NCBI GenBank assembly: GCA_016748015.1
Contig: JAAOMT010000098.1
Location: forward strand, 338,190 to 402,189
Origin: Geosiphon pyriformis uo1
Lineage: Eukaryota; Fungi; Glomeromycota
DNA length: 64,000 nucleotides
Reading direction: 5' to 3'
Shown here: piece by piece, positions 48,932-63,569 of the stretch
Position numbering within the stretch: the first letter of the stretch is position 1
How the letters are laid out: each line of letters starts with the position of its first letter
The notes under the pieces: model-generated
Database searches by the model: none
The model's input: only the letters and a program-made list of their open reading frames with translations
What the model was told of the DNA's origin: nothing
Made by a program: the position numbers and the translations under genes

Positions 48932-50875
48932 ATGGAACTGGTAGGCTCTTTTGCTGGTGGTTCTGGCTCGGTTTCGGCTGGTTTGAGGACCCGCCAGAGT
49001 GCGAAAAAGAAGCGCGTAGATACAGTCTACTCTCGGAATGCATTCTACAAGAAACCGAAAAAGCCTGCTGCTGGTAATGTGGTTAACTCATCTGCTGGAT
49101 CGCTAAGCCTGGAGGATATTGATGGTGCTAGTACCAAGCCTGTGGTGTTCTGGGGCAGTGAGGTTGGCAGTGTTGCTAGTAGTGTCAGTGGTCTCTTGGA
49201 TGTCGAAGATATGGCGAATATGGTGGCTGAAGAAACCTGCTATGTAGAATCAGGTGAAGATGATGGCATGAATGAAACTATGCCGAGAAAAACTTGTACT
49301 TAAACATACGTGCTGAGCAATTCACTGAAGCAATCTTTGTTCGACTGTATGAGTGACGATAATGATGTGCTAGAGCTTCCTCCCCCTAAGTTTGATGGTG
49401 TCAATCAGGTGCTGCATATCAGGTCACATGCCCTGAAAAAAAGGAATTTCGAGCCAGTAAAATCTTTCACATTAGATATTAAGATTTCAGCAGTACCTGG
49501 GAAAACAAATGTTGATAAGTTAATGGCAATTAAAAAAATTTTTTATCGAATTGATGGATTTGGGAGAGCTTCGACTTCCTTAAAATTTCCTGGCATAATA
49601 AGATCTACATTCACTTCTGAATTAAGTTTGAGCAGGGCAAAAGATATGACGATCAGTGAAAAAATCATGGTAAATAATGATCTCAGAACAGTAAACAGTT
49701 GTTTGGATCAGAAGGTGATAATCAAAGAGATCTCTGTTGATCTTCCCAAATCTGTGGTTAAGGCGGTGTTTTCTAAATTTGGAAAAATTGCGTCAATCAA
49801 GATGCAGCTCATTGGTCTTTGGCAAAAGGCCCTGGTAGAATTTGAATCATTGGAGGTAGCTGATTTGGTCGCAGCTAGATGGTCTGTTCTTGTGGGAAAA
49901 GATTCTGTTTGTGTGGTAAAAGCTGTCGATGATAAACAATCATGAGTATCAAGGGATAGGTTTCAGGCTTTGTTGTATACTTTTCCAATTGGCATGACTG
50001 CTTATAATTTGTCTGAATTGGTAAAGGCTTATGGTGGAAAAACTTGTTTTATAGGCCATAATCCAATTTCATATGTTCGTGATCAGTGTGCTGTAATTTG
50101 TTTTGAAAGTGAGGCATCCAGATTGGCTGCTATTGATTCGGTTTTGGTCTTTAAGGGTGTGGGCTTGTATTGGACTGGTCTTTCTTTGGCCAGTTGTGCT
50201 CATTGCAAACTGTTTGGTCATACTGCTGTTAACTGTTCTGTGAGTAAGAGGTCTGGTGGTCATGGAAAACATGTGGTAACTTCTCAGGATAAGATACGGT
50301 TGGCCAATATTTATAGAAAGAAGTAGGCGCCAATTGTTTGCCCAGTTTCTTTTGGTGGAAAGACATGGGCCCAAGTGGCAGGCGGCTCTCCCTTTCATGT
50401 TGTCTCTTCAGGTGCTCCTGGTGTTGGTTTGATCTCGGGTTCAAAAGCTTTCTCAATAGATTTCTTCTCGTCTGGTGCCGTTGATTTGGGTGGTCAACTA
50501 ATTGTACTAGAATGCTTCATGGAAATTCTCTCAGATCAGGTCTCACTCATTTTAAAGAAATTGAGTTTCGTTGATTTGGTGTCTTTGGCACCCCTTCCCT
50601 TAGCTCTTTCTTTAGTGTCTCCAACTACCGTTGTTTCAGATATGGACTCAGGTTTGGCTTTGAATGGTACGTTGCCATCATCTGCCTCCTCTCTCCCCAA
50701 TGTTGGTGAGTTGGTTGTTGACTTCAGTCCAAGCAGTTCTAAGGTTCTAACTGCCAAGATTGGCAGTTTGGAGTCGAAAATAATGGCTCTGAAGGCTTTA
50801 ATTCACTCAGTTTTGGGTAGGTTGGATTATTTGCATTCTGGATTGGGTTCGTCAGCTCTTCCTTTGCCTCAATGA
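48932..50875 (+). pseudogene. LINE L4 ORF1 (648 codons; RRM-like, CCHC CAHCKLFGHTAVNC)
   Basis: Homologous to L2 ORF1; single frame with nonsense mutations. Confidence 0.88.
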
Positions 50876-53800
50876 GTAGTTTGGTCTGGAAATTTGCTAC
50901 GTGCAATGTTCGGGGTATCAATGTTCCTGTGAAGCAAGCAGATGTTGTTCATTGGTATGTAAACTTGGGAAACATGGTTTTTTTTATCACTGAGACAAAG
51001 TTGAGGTCCTCTTCTGGGCCATGAATAAAAGATAAATTTAATGGAATGCGAATTTTTTCTTCAGGATTGGATAAAGGTTTTATGGATGCTGGAGTTGCAA
51101 TTATTATGAACATTTCTTTGGCTCATCATGTATCTAAGGTGGAAGAAATTCTTGGTCGGGTTGTTTCTGTTCAGCTCTTGTTTAAGCTCTTGGTTACTGT
51201 TTTGGGGTTGTATGCTGGTGCTTCTTCTGGGGCTAGGTTTGGTCAGATTTCTAAAGTTAACTCTCTTATTGCAAAGGCTGTCAACTCCAGCAATTTTGTT
51301 ATCTTGGGTGGGGACTTTAATGAGAATAGATCTAGTAAAAGTGCTAGTTTCAAGTTTTGTTTGAGTTTGGGTTTGGTCAATTTATTTGTTGGTCATTATT
51401 TGGCTGATTCTCATATGTGGAGCAATTCAAGAGGGGTTGAAAAAATGATTGATTACATTTTTGTGGGTGGTAATTTGTCTTCTGCTGTTGCTGGTCATCA
51501 AGTTGTCTCTGTTTCAGATTTCTTTGACACTAATCACAAGGCAGTTGTGGTTTCAGTTGATTTGAGTGGGCTTCTGAATGTATAATTGAATAGTTTGCAC
51601 AAGCAGGCGAATAAAGATTGTTGGAAGTTTAATATCAAGAATGCTGACTGTACTGGATGGGCTAAGTTTAAGAATCTCTCTTCGGCAAAACTCTTATCTT
51701 TGGGTGAGGTGTTCTCTGGTGCTGAAATGCATGGTAATGTGAATGCTATGTGAGCAGTTTTGGTAAGGGCTGTGGTAGATTCTGCTAATGCGAGATTTTC
51801 GAGGCATTGGTTTAGTGAATTCAAATGTTCAAAAAACAAACATTCTTCTAGGTTTTTTGGTCTGAAATTGTTGGTGGCCAAGATTGTCAAAAAATTTTCC
51901 TCGGATGACTTGTTGGGTACTAATCATCTTGTGAATAAATGGTCAACTCTAGATGATGTGAAGACTCGTGCTTTCAAGGACTTGGTTGGCTTGGGAATTA
52001 AATCTGATGTTGTTGTTAGGCATTTGTCATTGGTTCGCAGAAATTACAGGAGATCGAAGATATTTGAGTCGAGATTGGCTGAGGAAGCTTTGGTTAGGAA
52101 GGCAATTGAAAAGTGCATGGATAATTTCTGTTCGGATAAGGGTAGTATGATCAGAAGTGTGTTGGAAAAGCCTTTTCACAAGGTGGTGTTGGATTACTTG
52201 ATAGTTGATGATGATCTGGTTTTGTTGTCTGAAGAAATAAAGTCGAGTGTAGATAAAATAATGGAAGGGTGGATAAGGAAATGCTTTGTGCAGTCAGAGC
52301 TTCTTGATTTTTGGGCTTGTCAGTATGCATCTTTGGACCATGTTTGGGATGATGCCTTTTTGGATGTTATGAATGCAATCAGTATGGGCAAGTTACTTTC
52401 TGTTGTTGGTGGTTTGCCTGATGGCAAGACTGCTGGTTTGTCTGGTGTTCCTAATAAGTTGTAGAAACATGGTGGTGAAATGGTTTTGGGGTGCTTGTTG
52501 GTGCTGTTTAATAAGTGTTTGTCTGTTGATATGGTGCCTGTTTTGTGGAAGAGAGCTTGGATGTCAATGATTCCTAAGCCTTATGACTGGGATAGAATTT
52601 TTACAAACACTCGGCCCATTGCTTTGATTAAGACTGCCAGGAAAATTCTTTCTAAGGTTCTGTCTGATCGTATTTCAATGGCTTGTAGCAAGTTCAATGT
52701 ACTTCGAAATGACAATTTTTTAGTACTGAAGGATACGTCCACACAATCTCCAGTGTTTGCTGTCAGTTTGGTAATTGAGGATGCTATTGAGAAGAATAGA
52801 AAGTTATGGTTGGTCTTGCAAGATATGTGGAAAGCTTACAATTCAGTTGGGTGGCATCATTTAAGGGCTAGTTTACGGCATGTCAAGATGTATGAAAGGT
52901 TTATAAGGTTTTTTGGTGATATTCATAAGAATAGAGTTAATAGGGTAATGACTGACTTTGGTTTGTCTAGTGGTTATAAGATGCATGATGGACTGGATCA
53001 GGATGAGGTCTTTTCGCCACTTCTATAAAAAATTTTTTACGATCCACTTTTGTGTGAGGTTAAGAGGCATGAACAATTGTGTGAGTACTGAATTGATACT
53101 AAGTTTGTTTCAAAGTCTGGCAGAATTGAGAGCAGTGGTGGTTTGACATCATATTTTTTGGCTGGTGTATTTGTTGATGATACGATCTGGGTTGGGAATT
53201 GTCAGACTTCTACTCAATATGCTTTGAACATTGCCAGTGAATTTTTTGTGATCAATGATATTTCTATCAACAGTAAAAAGACAGTAGCTATTCTTATCAA
53301 TCAGGATGTTAAAATTGCTTCATTGAGCATTTGTGGTCAGCCAATTTCTATTGCCAAAAAAGGGGAAGCACATCAGTATCTAAGTATTTTTCTGTCAACC
53401 GAAAGGCTCTTTAAGCCAAGTGTTGCCAAGACTTATGCAGACATGCATTTCTTTATCAATGTTGTGCTTAGGAAAGCTATTACAGACAAACAGTTCTCCT
53501 ATCTGGTGTCAGCTGTTTTGCAGCCTATTGTTAGCTATCATATTCAGTTCAGTTTTGTCTCTTCTAATGTTTGTCACAAGTGAGATGTCTTGGTTAAAAA
53601 GGGTCTTAGGTCTAAGATTTGTCTCCCCCATAATTTTCTTGATGCTGCTTTGCATTATCCTTCATTGTATGGCCTGAAGCCTTTTGAGCAGGTGCAGTCA
53701 GAAAGGAAGATTGCTGCTCTGATAATGTTCTTTAATGCCTTTGGTATTCTTGGGCATTTGTTTAGATATAGGTTTTTGGATCTGCAGGTTCTTGGTTGGG

Positions 53801-55551
53801 CTTTTTTGGATCCTTTGCAGTTTCCGGTCAGGTTGCATGTTAGTCCAGTGAACAATTTTTTGGCTGGGATGGTGAAGATTTTGTTGGGCAATGAGCTTTT
53901 TTTGGTGAACAACCTCCCCACTGCATTTCATAGTCCTGGTTATTTTCTGTTGTCCTCTATTCTTGGAAAGTCTCTGTATTTTAATTTGGTCAAATCTTTT
54001 AGATGCTTTGGTGTTACTTTTGGTGATTAGCTTTTTGATAAAAAAGATGTTTTGTTGGATTGAAAAACTTTTTGTCATTGGAAGAGACTGAATCTGCGTG
54101 GCCCTGTGCCTTATTGGTTCTTGGTTTCTTCTGAGTTTTTGAAAAATTAGAGTTGTTCATTTTCTGGTTCTATTGGCTCTGCGGAAAAGCTTGGTTTGGA
54201 TATTTTGGAGTTTGGAGAATTTTTTGCAGTAAAAGATGGATTGCATAACATTTGGTCAGGCTTTTTTGAAGTTTTTACGAATGGGTTTTTGAGGAATGCA
54301 GGCTCTGCTGAGGTCACTTGTGGTGTTGCTGCATACTTTCCGGTCTTGAATAAAAGCATTGGTATCGCTGTTAGTGGCCTTTTGTCATCTACTATAGCCA
54401 AATTGCAGGCTGTCGCTTTGGCTTTGGAGTATGTTTCTTCTTCAAGTACTGTGGTGTTACGTCTTGACAGCCAGGCTGCTATTGATGCATGTGTGTCTGA
54501 AATGTCTTTGGTCACCCCTGATTTCCGTAATTAATGCTGGCTGGAGAGGCATCATATTTTCAATTTGGTCAGGAATAAGGATCTTAGTGTGAGTTGGGTT
54601 AAGATAAAAAGCCACTCTGGGATTCCCGGTAATGTGGAAGCTAACTTGGCTGCTGGGGCTGCCTCTGGATCTCTCTTTTCCTTTTGTGCCAATGTGCATG
54701 AACATTTTTTGGTTGCTAAGGATGTCGCTGTTTCTGGTAATGCCTGTTATTTTGTCAAGAATATTTTTCGGTCTGTTTGTTGTGCTTGTTGGGAAGCTGG
54801 GCCTAGTTGTGACATGGTTCTGGAAGCAATAATTGGTTGCATAGACTGGGTTGTCATGGCAAAGGTGTGGCATCCTGATTCTCATATGCTCACTGGGTTT
54901 ACTAGCTGGGTATTCTCAACACTTCACACTTATATTATGAAGGCTGTGCACAGAAGATTGCTGGTGGCAGTAAGGAAAAGGTTGTATAATAAGCGCTACC
55001 CTAGTGTATTATGTTTGTTTTGCAGTAGGATGGAGTTCTCTGATCACACTTTTACTTGTGTTCATAAATCTGGCGTTCATGGTGAGATTTTGGCTGAGGC
55101 TTCTGTCCGTTGGTCAGCTTTGGCTTGTGGTTTTCCTGCTTCTACTGTGTTGTGAGTTTTGTCTCAATATTCCTTTGATGTTGGGTTGTACACTTTGGTT
55201 TGCAAAGGGTTTGTGCTGGGGAAGTGGTATAAAGAAGCTTGCAGTATTTTTGAGGATAAGAAGATGGCAGCTATTCGGATTGTTGATTATGTTAGGTTTG
55301 TGGTTGAGTTACATCGTGCTAAAGTGTGGTTGGCTAGGGCCAGCCACCAGATGGTGATGGAGAAGGCTGGTCTGGTTTGTGATAGTGGTGTTGTTTTTGG
55401 GCTCTCTTGTGATGTGTTTTCAGTTTTGTCTGATGGTGTTGTAAGATTGCTTGGTGTGGCCAATTCTTTTGCTGTTAGCTTTGGTTATCAGAAGTCTTAT
55501 TGTTTCTTTTCTGGTCTGGGTGGCAGTGTGCGGGTTATTATAGGTGTATAG
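50872..55551 (+). pseudogene. LINE L4 ORF2 (1560 codons) APE-RT-RNase H
   Basis: ATCNVRG, GGDFN, IDY, QDMWKAYNSV, FVDDTIW, LDSQAA, KSHSG, CLFC..H..C; single frame. Confidence 0.95.
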
Positions 55552-55770
55552 TGTTGCCTTGTCTGGTCTGAGTGACTAGCCACATGTAGAAAGTGCGTGA
55601 GTCGCGTTTAGTTTGAGTCTCTTAGTTTGGTTCTATGTACTAGATAGCAATTGGACTACACTCGTTAAATGTGTTAAATAAAAATATTAAAATTTTTGCA
55701 AATTTTTTTTAAAGATAAATATAAATTTAATAATATTTTAAAATTTTAAAAAAATAATTATTTTTAAAAA

Positions 55771-58700
55771 TTTTTTTTTTATTATATTTAATAAATAAAG
55801 CCTATAAGTTATCTAATATTATATATTAAACTAAATAATCTAAACTAAGTACAAATCATATACTTTTATATATGACCAGCTACTTGGCTTAATCAAAACA
55901 ACATTATAAATCTATTTTAACAGACATTATACTATCAATACCAAAAAAAACTACAAAGCTTATGAAAACTAAAACTGATATTATATATTTTCACAATTCT
56001 AAACAATCTAATAATATCATCAAAAAACAAGGACAACAGACTACAAATCTTAGAAAACACCAAATTATCTTGCATAATTAGGCTTTTTTTTCATAATTAC
56101 TTTATATTTAGCTCTTATTATCTATAAAATTAACAACTTTTCTATTGGCAATCTTAGTACAACCAAAAATAAACACAGTTTTCATGTATTATTTCTTAAA
56201 TACAAGATTTTTATACAAAAGAGTATATACAGCATTATTAAAAATGCATAAAAAAAAATCTGTAAAACATAAAACAATAGCAAGTTCAAATTTAACATAA
56301 TACTTTATTAAACCAAGTGCAATTCAAGCAAGTTTTTATGAATAGTAGAGTCTATTGCATATACAAAAAAGTAATTGGAAAATTCCACTTCTTCACAATA
56401 AAAATCCAACACACTAAGATATTTTCTATTATATAAATATTTATAAACAATAACTAATAAGTAATAATACAAAGCTTTTATAAAATATGAGTGTAAACCA
56501 GTAATAAATAAACTTACAAAACCAGCTATTATATACAAGTCAGAGTGCTAAACTAAAAAAATCTAAACTTAATTTACATTTTTAGTCATATCTATGTTAA
56601 CAACATCAGATTCAGATCCAATCTTCTAGTAAACATAATAAACAGTCTTAAAAATCTTACAAATAAAATAACAAATATTTCCAGATATCACTATTTTACC
56701 AGCTCTAATATTTTTTTTTGATAAGAACAGAAAACATTAAATTTAAACATGAAGCTAAATTAACCAACTTATTAACATATTTATTGTTCAATACATCCAA
56801 ATATCCCTTAATCTTAGATCAGAAGATGTCAAGTCTCTTACTTTTAATAAAGTTTATAATACAATGTCTTTCTAACCAACAATAATTGTAAAAGTCCAGC
56901 AAAACCATATCCAATTTTGCAGCATAAGTATTTAAAACAGCTTGACTGTCCAAATATATTATAATAGCATTGTAAACAGATATATACTCCAAAGCCAATG
57001 TAATTGCTTACAACTCTGTCATTGTAGAAGATACTAAACCACTAATTTTAACACTAATATCTATGTTCAAATTGAAAAAAAATACAGCCATACCACATTT
57101 TATTTTATATATATCTAGATTCCTTAAAGATTTATTTGTCTAAATATTAATAATATTTAAATTAATATCAGAGAAACAATGTTTTACTCTAAAAAAGCTA
57201 CTAGTATCTAAGATGTTTGAAAACCAAGAGCTAACATTAGATAACTAAACAGTAAGATAAAATACAAAATTAACCAAAAATTTATTTGTTAATCTAAACC
57301 AAACAGGAATTAGGCCCTTGAAATTAAGTTTTTTTCAATAGTAAAAGCTTTTTTAATCAAAAATAAAACTCATTTTATTATACAATTGTTCTATAAAGAC
57401 AATACCAAATCTTTTAAGTAAGCAAAAAACATTATAAAACACCAAATCTCCCAAAACAAAAAACATTAAAGTGCTATTAGAAAGATAGAATGCAGAAAAA
57501 AAATTGTTGTCAAAAAAAATATTATAATTCAAAAAAATTTTAATCACATCAATCAAAAAATTGTTAACAAAACTGATTTTTAGCTTTAAAAAATAATATA
57601 AAAAGTAAATAGAAGACCAATTCAGAATCTGCAGATTCAAAAACTTATAATTAAATAAACAACTTAGAATTCTATTAGTATTTGAAAAATTTAATACAGA
57701 AGCTGCTTTATTTTCAGCTTGTATTTGTTCAAATGTTTTTAAGCCATACAATAATAGATAATAAAAAGCTTTATTAGAAAAAAAAATCTTTTAACAAGCC
57801 AGTTTTTATCTTCAAGCTCTTTTTAATTAGTATATCTTATTTATTATATATGCTTTTAAAGACAAAACTAAACTGGGTTTTGTAACTAATAATAAGCTAC
57901 AGTACAACCAAAACCAAATAAAAGAATTGCTTATCTAAGATAGTTTTTTTTAAGACCAGATTAACAAAAAACTTGATATCTAAATAAGTTTTTATCAAAC
58001 TAGATTTAAACAAACTTTTAAAAAACAAAAAGATATCAAGATACTTATAATATTCTCTTCTCTGTACAATAAATATTGGCAGACTACTTATTAATAGTAA
58101 GGTATTTTTTACTTTCTAATTGATAGAAATGACCATTATTTTTCTATTGTTTATTAAAATATTATTTATTTTAAAGAATTTACTTGTAATATTCAAAATA
58201 TATTGAATAGTAGCCTAATTACTGCTTATTCAAATTGTGTTATTGACAAAAACACTAGCTGTTAGATAAAAAATCAACCCATTCTGGTTTTTTAATCTGC
58301 CAATCTTAACAACAAACTTAATGTTAATATAGTAATTATATAAACTCTTATGCTTTTTAACCTTACATAAAAGAGAATTATAAAAAATTCTCCAAAGCAA
58401 AAAGGAGAAAACTTTACTCTGATCTAGATTATTATGTACTCAGTATCTATTAGTAAGTCCATAATTTGTTATAATTTGATTGACTTTATTATTGTAAATA
58501 TTTCTGAAAAATTTGAAAAATCTTTTATATATCTTAATCCAAACCAAACTGTCTTTTAAATAATACCATCTAACAGAATTATAGGTCTTTTATATGTTTA
58601 CAAGACCAGCCAGAGCACTCAACTTTTTTTTAAAGCATCTTTAAATATTGAGCCACTGCAAAGATAAAAGACTAAATAGTAATATTTTTCAACACAAAAA

Positions 58701-61700
58701 AATTATTATTGTAAAAAACATTAAATTTGCTATAAACCAAAAAAATCCTGTTAAAAAGTATTTTGGAGAAAATTTTTCAAGCAGTTTCAATTAAAATAAT
58801 CAGCTTAATGTTAATTAAAACATTTTTCTATTTATATGATTTAAGTATTATTAATACCCAAGTTTTCTTTTAAAATTAAGATATAAACTTATACTTTAAA
58901 CAAAAGTTTAGAATATTTAAGAACATTAATAATACTGAATTATTATAGTGTTTCCAGAGCTCATTTATAATACCAAATAAACTAGCAGCTTTTCTATTAG
59001 ATAGATTTTTAATCATATATATTATATTATTATAACCAATAACACTTATAATTTTAGAAAAAACAATATTATCAACATAAGCCAATAGTATGTATTAACA
59101 ATGTCATAAATTGAGAATATTGTTTAATACTGATTTTATTTTTGTTCAGCTCTTCATAATTATATTGACTTTATATTTAATTTTTCTAGGATTAAAAACC
59201 AATTTATCATTAATAACCAAATAATTCAGCATTACTTTTTAAAAAAAACATTCTAATACATTTCTAATTATGTGATCTTTAATTACAGCAAAACTTTCTA
59301 TTCTTTTATTAATAGCAGCTTTAATATATGCCTCTTCTATCTTTAATAATTCAGCAAGTTTTGAAATACAATATGCTTTCCTTATATCAAAGAGAACAGA
59401 TCTAATAGAATTAAAATTAGCATTAAAATCTAACAATATTTGAATATTAAAAGCTTTGTTACCATCCAGAAAAGCCCAACCATTAAAAAAATGAATTCAT
59501 TGTTAGCTCTTGTGCATAAAGATTTAACAAACTTGACACCAAAATTTTCAATTTATAAAACCTAAAAAATTTCTTAATAAAAACTTTATTAAAGCCTTTA
59601 AACCATTTTTTTTAAACATTTTATTAACCAATAAACACACTATTTTCCAAACAATATTCCATATTATATTTAGATCTAAGAATTTTTTTGAAGCTATAAA
59701 CTTATCAGAAAACAACATAGTATTAGCTGCTGTAATATTTTTAAATTTGTTTTATTTTATTTTATTAGAATTCTTAAAATTAAATTTTCAATAATTTTTA
59801 TTAGTTTGTTTACACAAAAAGTTCAGATGCACATTCAGTAGGCTACTTAAATCTATAAAAACAGAAATAGCTCAATAATTAGTATTAAAGTACTTCTTAA
59901 TATCTATAATATTATAATTAACTACTGTATTAATTAAATTTAAAGAAACAAATACATAATTGTTTTTTTAACAACTCTAAAATTCTCTTATGTTAACATT
60001 TCTGCAACCAGGCTTTCTATCAATGAATTAACCAGTTCTAAAGCAAAGCATTTCTTGAAACTAACATACTTATAAAAACTATTTTTATTGAAATCTTTAC
60101 ATAAAATAATAAAAGAAGACTTATTTATAGTTTTTGTAATTAATGAGTTAATTTTATTAGCTTAAGCCAACTATGTTGTCAGTATAATATCAGTGTATAG
60201 TCCCAAAATTAAAACAGAAATTTTATTTTTAAAAAGCAACTTAACAGATAAAAGCTGACCAACTATTTCAAAAACTTTGCATATATGCTTTTTCAAAACA
60301 ATATTTATAATAATTGCAATACCAGAATTTAAGTAACCAGAATTCAGACTAGAAGTAAATACACAAATACTATTAAATTTGTTAACAATCTATAAACAGA
60401 ATTTTTTTTTCAATTTTGTTTTAGTTATAATAGAATTAAATTGTTCATATTTCTGTATTAACAAATAATATTTTCTTGCTTAGCAAAGTTGTTTATATCC
60501 TTAATATTGTACATAACTATTTTCCAAATTAAACTGGTCATCTAAAAAAGCAGACATCTGAATTGAAACTAATTTTGTCTACCTTAACTATTAGACTTAT
60601 AACTATAGTTAACAAATCAATCATATTTTTTTCCAACTTTAAAACAATTGACAAATTAAAAATCACTGCTTTTGCAACAGTTTTACTATTAGTGACCATA
60701 TTTAAACTCTAATTTATCATTATATTTGTTTCTTGATTTTGTGATAAAAGATTTATCAATGACTAAAATCCAGAACTATGCTAAAAAACTATTGGCTTAA
60801 ATATATCTAATTTCTTAGTTAGCTTACCAACTTGCTCTATGAGACTGGTAAAACTGTGTTCAAAAATGACAAACCTATCATTTAATTTTTCAAATACAAG
60901 CAGAAAAAACTTTATTTTCAAGAAGAAACCAGAATTTACTAAACTGTTTCTTACAGAAAGAGAAAAAAAGACTTACTAACAATCTTAGTCCAAGAGATAT
61001 TACCAAAAAAAACAAAATAAATAACAAATACCAAATGCTTAGTATAAATGGTAATTAGTCTGTTTTATCCACTTATAACAAAATTTTATAAAATAGACCA
61101 CTAAAAAAAACTTTCTTACTCATAATACAATTTAGTAATATGTGATTAAACTTTTTACATTTAATATACTTTACAAAACTCAAATAAAACCAGTATAAAT
61201 TAACACTCTTTAACACTAGTGTGGTTCTTATAACAGCATCTAATAATTCAACAAAATTAAAACAAACAACTACATATCTGATCTAAACATATATAACTAG
61301 ATAATAATTAATAATACATGTTTTCTTATTCACTGATCCAATAAAGTTCCAAATATTATGCACATTTGTTCTTATTGGCAAAGTATAAAGCAGTGTTTTA
61401 TTAATATCTTTCATATTCTATGATTTTTTATTTTTATTAGCTTTAGTAACATATATTGTATCTTTTCTTATTAAGATAGACTACTCAGTCACAATCAAAT
61501 TAGCATAATTTATTTAATCAAATTTAACTATAATCTTCTGTCAAAGTTTTACCAATTGCATTTTGATTAATCTTATTATTCCAAACTCAAACAGTACAAT
61601 ACATATAGTCTCAGTTAATGTATTAATTGTATTTTTTTTATTATTACAATTAATTTGGACACACTACAGATTTCTTAAGATTGGTGTTTACAAAAACATT

Positions 61701-62465
61701 CTTAGTCTTTGCCAAATCAGTTACTTGTATCAAACTAGATTCAAAAGTAAAGATTGTTCTAATAATTTTAGCAAATTTTAAGAAGGTAAAAGTCTTCTTA
61801 AAACTATTGATTTTTAAGAATATTTTTCTAATTACCACAAGCTTTTTTTAAGAAAACTTCTTAATTATCTTATCTAAGCCAATATCTAAAACAAATAACT
61901 TTTTAACAAAAACATTAATCAAATTTTTCAAAAAAAAAGAAAAAACTTGTAAAGTATCTAATAAAATATTATTATTATTATTATCACTTAAAAAATTAAT
62001 TTTTCCTAAAGATTTCTCTAAAGTTTTCTTAGTTTTAACTTATAAGTCTTTTGGAATCTAATTAGTATTTCTTTTATTAAAAGTTTTTTTTTTTTATAAT
62101 CAATACTGGTTTTCTTAATTAAATACTTCTTTTTCATATTAATGCTATTAAATTTAGTAGTATTATTAGTTTTTAAGCCCCAAAAACAACTACTTAATTC
62201 TTTAGTAGAAATTTTTTTAACACTAACAATATTTTTTAAAATACCACCTCTTCTTATCTTTCTTAATAATACAGATTTAGTATTTATATTTGGGCCAGAA
62301 TTTTTAACAGATTTTTTTAAAATAGCAATACTAAGACTAACAGTGGTTTTATAATTAAGCAAAAATAATTTAAATTTATTGTATTAAATAATTAAAAACT
62401 TTTTTTCAAAAACTATATAATTCTTTTTTTGAAAATTTGGAATAAAGAAAAAAAAAAGTCTTACT
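55771..62465 (-). mobile_element. LINE copy L5, full length, very heavily mutated
   Basis: YGLKTFEQIQAE, GIINELWKH, ORF1 fragments, 5' UTR like L1/L3, 3' UTR and poly(A) (T-run 55771-55780). Confidence 0.88.
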
Positions 62466-63569
62466 TTTATTATTTGTTTTTTAATTAATATTAGTATTTA
62501 AAAAAAATTGCGAAATTAGTTTTTAAATTATTTAATACAAATATTATCTAAAAGTATTTTTAAAATTAGATTTATTTTATTATTTAAGTTTTTAATGTTT
62601 TTAATCAAAACTTTAAATTTTTGTGTAAAAATATTATTTATAAAATCATAAATAGTTTTATTTATTAACTTTTTTTTAATTATAATATTATTAATAATAG
62701 TTATTAAGTTTAAGTTAAAAAAATTATTATTTTGTAAAATAGTAATAGAAATATAACAAAAACAAAATTTTTTTTTTACTTTTTTAAAAATAATTTTATT
62801 TAAAATTAAAAAATTTTATTAATATTATTGTTTTATTGTTCAAAAATTTATAAAAACTATAATATATGTTTTTTAAATAAAAAATAATAAGTTTATTTAA
62901 TAAAAATAAAAATAATTAATTAATAATTTTCTAAAAATATAAAGTATTAATATAAAAGTAATAATAAAGTATTAAAACTTAAATATATAATGTTTAAAAT
63001 AAAAATTAAATTAGTATTTAAATAAAAAGTTGTTAAATACACAAATAAAATAAAAACAAATAGTTTTTTTAATTTATATAGTTTAAATTAATTATATATA
63101 AAAAATGTGTAAGTAATATTTTTGTTATATATTTTAAATTAATTAATACATAAAAAATAACTTTATTAAATTTGTTTTATTTATAAATTAAATATATAAA
63201 CTGTTATTCATAAGTTTAAAATTAATATAAAGTTACATATATATATGCAAAATAATATTTAATTTTCCACTTTTAAAACTTACAGTTATTTTTATTTTAA
63301 AATTATGAAACGAATTTTATTCAATATTAAATATATAAAACAATAAGAATGTTATTTTAACAAAACAAAAATAATTTTATGAATATTGCACAATACAATA
63401 ATTATTAAAAAACAATTATATTATATAGGCATACGGCAGGGTTATAGCGGGTTTGTTACCTAAATAGTAAATTTATACTGATAAATCAAAGATCTGAAAC
63501 GTCATTGACACGAACCAAACATATATTAGGCCCATATCTTCCCAAACCATAACAAACACGCAAAACACC

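Larger units (their letters stand above)
48805..55680 (+). mobile_element. LINE copy L4, full length
   Basis: 5' UTR like L2, ORF1, ORF2, 3' UTR. Confidence 0.95.
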